Part shown: in pieces, positions 29,125 through 32,166 of the stretch
How the letters are laid out: each line of letters begins with the position of its first letter
Numbering within the stretch: the first letter of the stretch is position 1
DNA from: Deltaproteobacteria bacterium
GTDB taxonomy: Bacteria > JAUYMQ01
Reading direction: 5' to 3'
NCBI GenBank assembly: GCA_030698575.1
Contig: JAUYMQ010000100.1
Coordinates: forward strand, 1 to 32,166
Length of the DNA: 32,166 nucleotides
Translations under genes and position numbers: made by a program
Notes under the pieces: generated by a model
What the model was told of the DNA's origin: nothing
The model's input: the letters and a program-made list of their open reading frames with translations, nothing else
The model's database searches: none

Positions 29125-29141
29125 CTGGCACGGACATTGCT
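29125..29141 (+). promoter_or_regulatory. sigma54 -24/-12 promoter of amtB
   Basis: CTGGCACGGACATTGCT, matching TGGCAC-N5-TTGCW. Confidence 0.9.
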
Positions 29142-29257
29142 TTGGGGAGAGCGGGGTTCACATATCTGTTCCAGTCCATCGACCCTCGGGGACGACGAGG
29201 CGGGCCTGGCGCCGGACAATCGAGCCGGAAAGGTCGGGCCCCTGACAGGAGGTAGAC

Positions 29258-30667
29258 GTGAGGCGCCTTGAACGAATACTCAGCGCAACCGCATTCGGGG
29301 CGCTGCTGACGATTTTGCTTCCCGTAGCGGCGCTGGCCCAGGAAGAGGCTGTGGTGGACAGCGGTGACACGGCGTGGATTCTCACCTCGTCGGCGCTCGT
29401 TCTGATGATGACCGTTCCCGGCCTGGCCTTCTTTTACGGCGGCCTGGTCCGGGGAAAGAACGTGCTCTCGACGCTCATGCACAGCTTCGTGATGATGGGT
29501 ATTGTGTCGGTATCCTGGATCCTCTGCGGCTACTCGATCGCCTTCGGTCCGGACGTCGCGGGGCTGTTCGGCAACCCGCTGACCCATCTCGGGCTGAAAG
29601 GGATCGGGCCGAATGACGTCTCGGGGTCGATACCGACTTATGCCTTCGTGGTCTTCCAGCTCATGTTCGCGATCATCACGCCGGCGCTCATAAGCGGCGC
29701 CATCGCGGAGCGGATGAAGTTCAAGGCTTACTTGCTCTTCATGATTCTCTGGGCCACGTTCATCTACGCGCCGCTCTGTCACTGGGTGTGGGGCGGCGGC
29801 TGGATCGCCGAGAAGTGGGGAGCCCTGGACTTCGCGGGGGGCACGGTCGTGCACATCTCCTCGGGCGTGAGCGCGCTGGTTGCCGCGATACTGCTCGGCC
29901 GCCGCCGTGGCCACGGTTCCGAGCCCATGCCTCCGCACAATCTCGCCTACTCCGTCCTCGGAGCCGGCCTGCTGTGGGTGGGCTGGTTCGGCTTCAACTC
30001 GGGAAGCGCGCTCGCCTCGAACAGTCTCGCGGCAACGGCGTTCATCACGACGAATACGGCGACCGGCGCCGCGGTGCTCGGATGGATGTTCACAGAGTGG
30101 ATCCACCGCGGCAAGCCGACAATGCTCGGTGTAGCCTCCGGTGCGGTGGCGGGCCTGGTGGCCATTACGCCGGCGGCGGGCTTCGTGAGCCCTATGGCCG
30201 CCATGCTCATCGGAGTCGTTGCGGGCGGTCTGTGCTACGGGGCAGTGAACCTGAAGGCCAGGTTCGGCTATGACGACGCGCTCGACGTGGTTGGCGTGCA
30301 CGGCGTCGGCGGGACCTGGGGAGCTCTGGCGACGGGCGTGTTTGCCTGGACAGCCATGAACGACGGCGGGAGCAACGGGCTCATCCACGGCAATCCGGGC
30401 CTGCTGCTCACCCAGCTCAAGGCGGTCCTGGCTACCTGGATCTTCTGCGGCGTGGGCACCTTCGTGCTGCTGAAGATCACCGACATGATCGTTGGACTCC
30501 GCGTCAACGACGAGGACGAGGTCATGGGGCTCGACATCACACAGCACAGCGAACAGGCCTACACCGGCGCGGGTTTCGGTGGCTCGGTCATGGGCATGGT
30601 GGGCAGCCATCAGCCCAGCGTGGAGAAGCCCGCGGCGCTGGGAATACCTGCCCGCAGCACGCCCTGA
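29258..30667 (+). CDS. amtB: Ammonium transporter
   Basis: SD AGGAGG + GTG; signal peptide; GDTAW, PGLAFFYGG, FQLMFAIITPAL, HWVWGGGW, DFAGGTVVH and GVHGVGG (twin His), WFGFNSGS. Confidence 0.98.
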   Translation: MRRLERILSATAFGALLTILLPVAALAQEEAVVDSGDTAWILTSSALVLMMTVPGLAFFYGGLVRGKNVLSTLMHSFVMMGIVSVSWILCGYSIAFGPDVAGLFGNPLTHLGLKGIGPNDVSGSIPTYAFVVFQLMFAIITPALISGAIAERMKFKAYLLFMILWATFIYAPLCHWVWGGGWIAEKWGALDFAGGTVVHISSGVSALVAAILLGRRRGHGSEPMPPHNLAYSVLGAGLLWVGWFGFNSGSALASNSLAATAFITTNTATGAAVLGWMFTEWIHRGKPTMLGVASGAVAGLVAITPAAGFVSPMAAMLIGVVAGGLCYGAVNLKARFGYDDALDVVGVHGVGGTWGALATGVFAWTAMNDGGSNGLIHGNPGLLLTQLKAVLATWIFCGVGTFVLLKITDMIVGLRVNDEDEVMGLDITQHSEQAYTGAGFGGSVMGMVGSHQPSVEKPAALGIPARSTP

Positions 30668-30823
30668 GGGGCAGTCTGATCCGCTTCGGAGGGGCGGCGA
30701 GCGCAAGGCGCCGTCCCTTCGGTGCATCGACGAAGGCCGATGGAAGCCGGGCGTTTTCAGGCCGGGTGCGCTCTGCCGGAGCGGGATCGGTACCGGCAGC
30801 CCCGGGCCCTCATGGACAGTTGA

Positions 30824-31264
<441 letters not shown>

Positions 31265-31404
31265 GGGAGCGCGGCGGCGCCGGGTTCGAAACGCCGAATG
31301 CCGGCGTGCCACGCCCGGTTTGTATGACAGCGAATAGTGAATTCTCGGCCTGCTCTCCCGGATCGGGACCCGAGTACATTGGATCGAAGAAGGAGAAAAA
31401 GAAG

Positions 31405-32166
31405 ATGACCCCGAAAGAGGTACTCGCGTTTGCCAAGAAGAACAGTGCCGTCATGCTGGATCTCAGGTTCATGGATTTTCCGGGCTTGTGGCAGCATTTC
31501 TCGGTGCCGATCGATGAGCTGAACGAAGGAAGTTTCGAGGATGGTTTCGGTTTCGATGGTTCCAGCATCCGGGGCTGGCAGCCCATTCATGCGAGCGACA
31601 TGCTCGTCGTTCCTGATGGCACGACAGCCGTCATGGACCCGTTCTGCCAGCATCCCACGCTCACGATGATCTGCGACATCGTCGACCCGATCACCCGCGA
31701 GAGGTACTCGCGTGACCCGCGCAACATCGCCCAGAAGGCCGAGGCCTACGTCCGGTCGACGGGAATCGCCGACACGATCTACTTCGGCCCCGAGGCCGAG
31801 TTTTTCATCCTGAACGACGTCCGCTTTGCGAACAGTCCCGAGCACGCCTTCTATTACATCGATTCGATCGAGGCGAACTGGAACACCGGGAAGGACGAGA
31901 AGCCTAACCTCGGCTACAAGCCCCGCTACAAGGAAGGCTATTTCCCGGTTCCCCCGATGGACCGCTTCCAGGACTTGCGCACAGAGATGGTGCTCGAGAT
32001 GCAGAAGGTCGGGATCGTTGTCGAGGCGCAGCATCACGAAGTAGCGACGGCCGGCCAGGCCGAAATCGACATGAAGTTCTCGCCCCTCACGAAAATGGCC
32101 GACTACCTCATGTGGTACAAGTACTGTATCAAGATGGTGGCCTTCCGCCACAACATGACTGTCACC
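31405..32166 (+). CDS. glnA: Type I glutamine synthetase, 3'-truncated
   Basis: Absent from the ORF track because there is no stop in the window. SD AAGGAG; my translation MTPKEVLAFAKKN..DLRFMDFPGLWQH..FDGSSIRGWQPIHASDM..DPRNIA..YFGPEAEFF..KEGYFPVPP..HHEVATAGQAEID. Confidence 0.97.
   Translation, partial: MTPKEVLAFAKKNSAVMLDLRFMDFPGLWQHFSVPIDELNEGSFEDGFGFDGSSIRGWQPIHASDMLVVPDGTTAVMDPFCQHPTLTMICDIVDPITRERYSRDPRNIAQKAEAYVRSTGIADTIYFGPEAEFFILNDVRFANSPEHAFYYIDSIEANWNTGKDEKPNLGYKPRYKEGYFPVPPMDRFQDLRTEMVLEMQKVGIVVEAQHHEVATAGQAEIDMKFSPLTKMADYLMWYKYCIKMVAFRHNMTVT

Noticed and set aside
31283-31300. GGTTCGAAAC resembling a tRNA T-loop
   Set aside because: No acceptor, D or anticodon arms and no CCA end can be built around it.

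Overview
GC-rich bacterial chromosomal segment of a diderm organism. The mfd-PPIase-surA-pdxA and glnB-glnA synteny, the zinc-ribbon/GYF_2 domains and a DUF2378-like protein suggest a deltaproteobacterial/Myxococcota-like lineage (inference). In order: a 5'-truncated GT4 glycosyltransferase; mfd; two parvulin PPIases; pdxA; a small very acidic orphan; a membrane protein coupled to uvrA; a secreted orphan; a TPR/outer-membrane barrel + FecR-domain + CHASE2 adenylate cyclase triad; AcuB-like CBS-ACT; enoyl-CoA hydratase divergent from nfo; a minus-strand cluster (two lipoproteins, DUF2378-like protein, zinc-ribbon/GYF/TM/trypsin protease) divergent from a TPR-parvulin protein; and a sigma54-type nitrogen cluster (porin, PII, amtB, PII, 3'-truncated glnA). 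No rRNA, tRNA, CRISPR array or transposase was recognised. Best candidates for undescribed systems are the trans-envelope cAMP signalling triad and the lipoprotein/ZnR-GYF protease/TPR-pseudo-parvulin locus with back-to-back leaderless promoters. All family assignments are from motif recognition by eye, not database searches.
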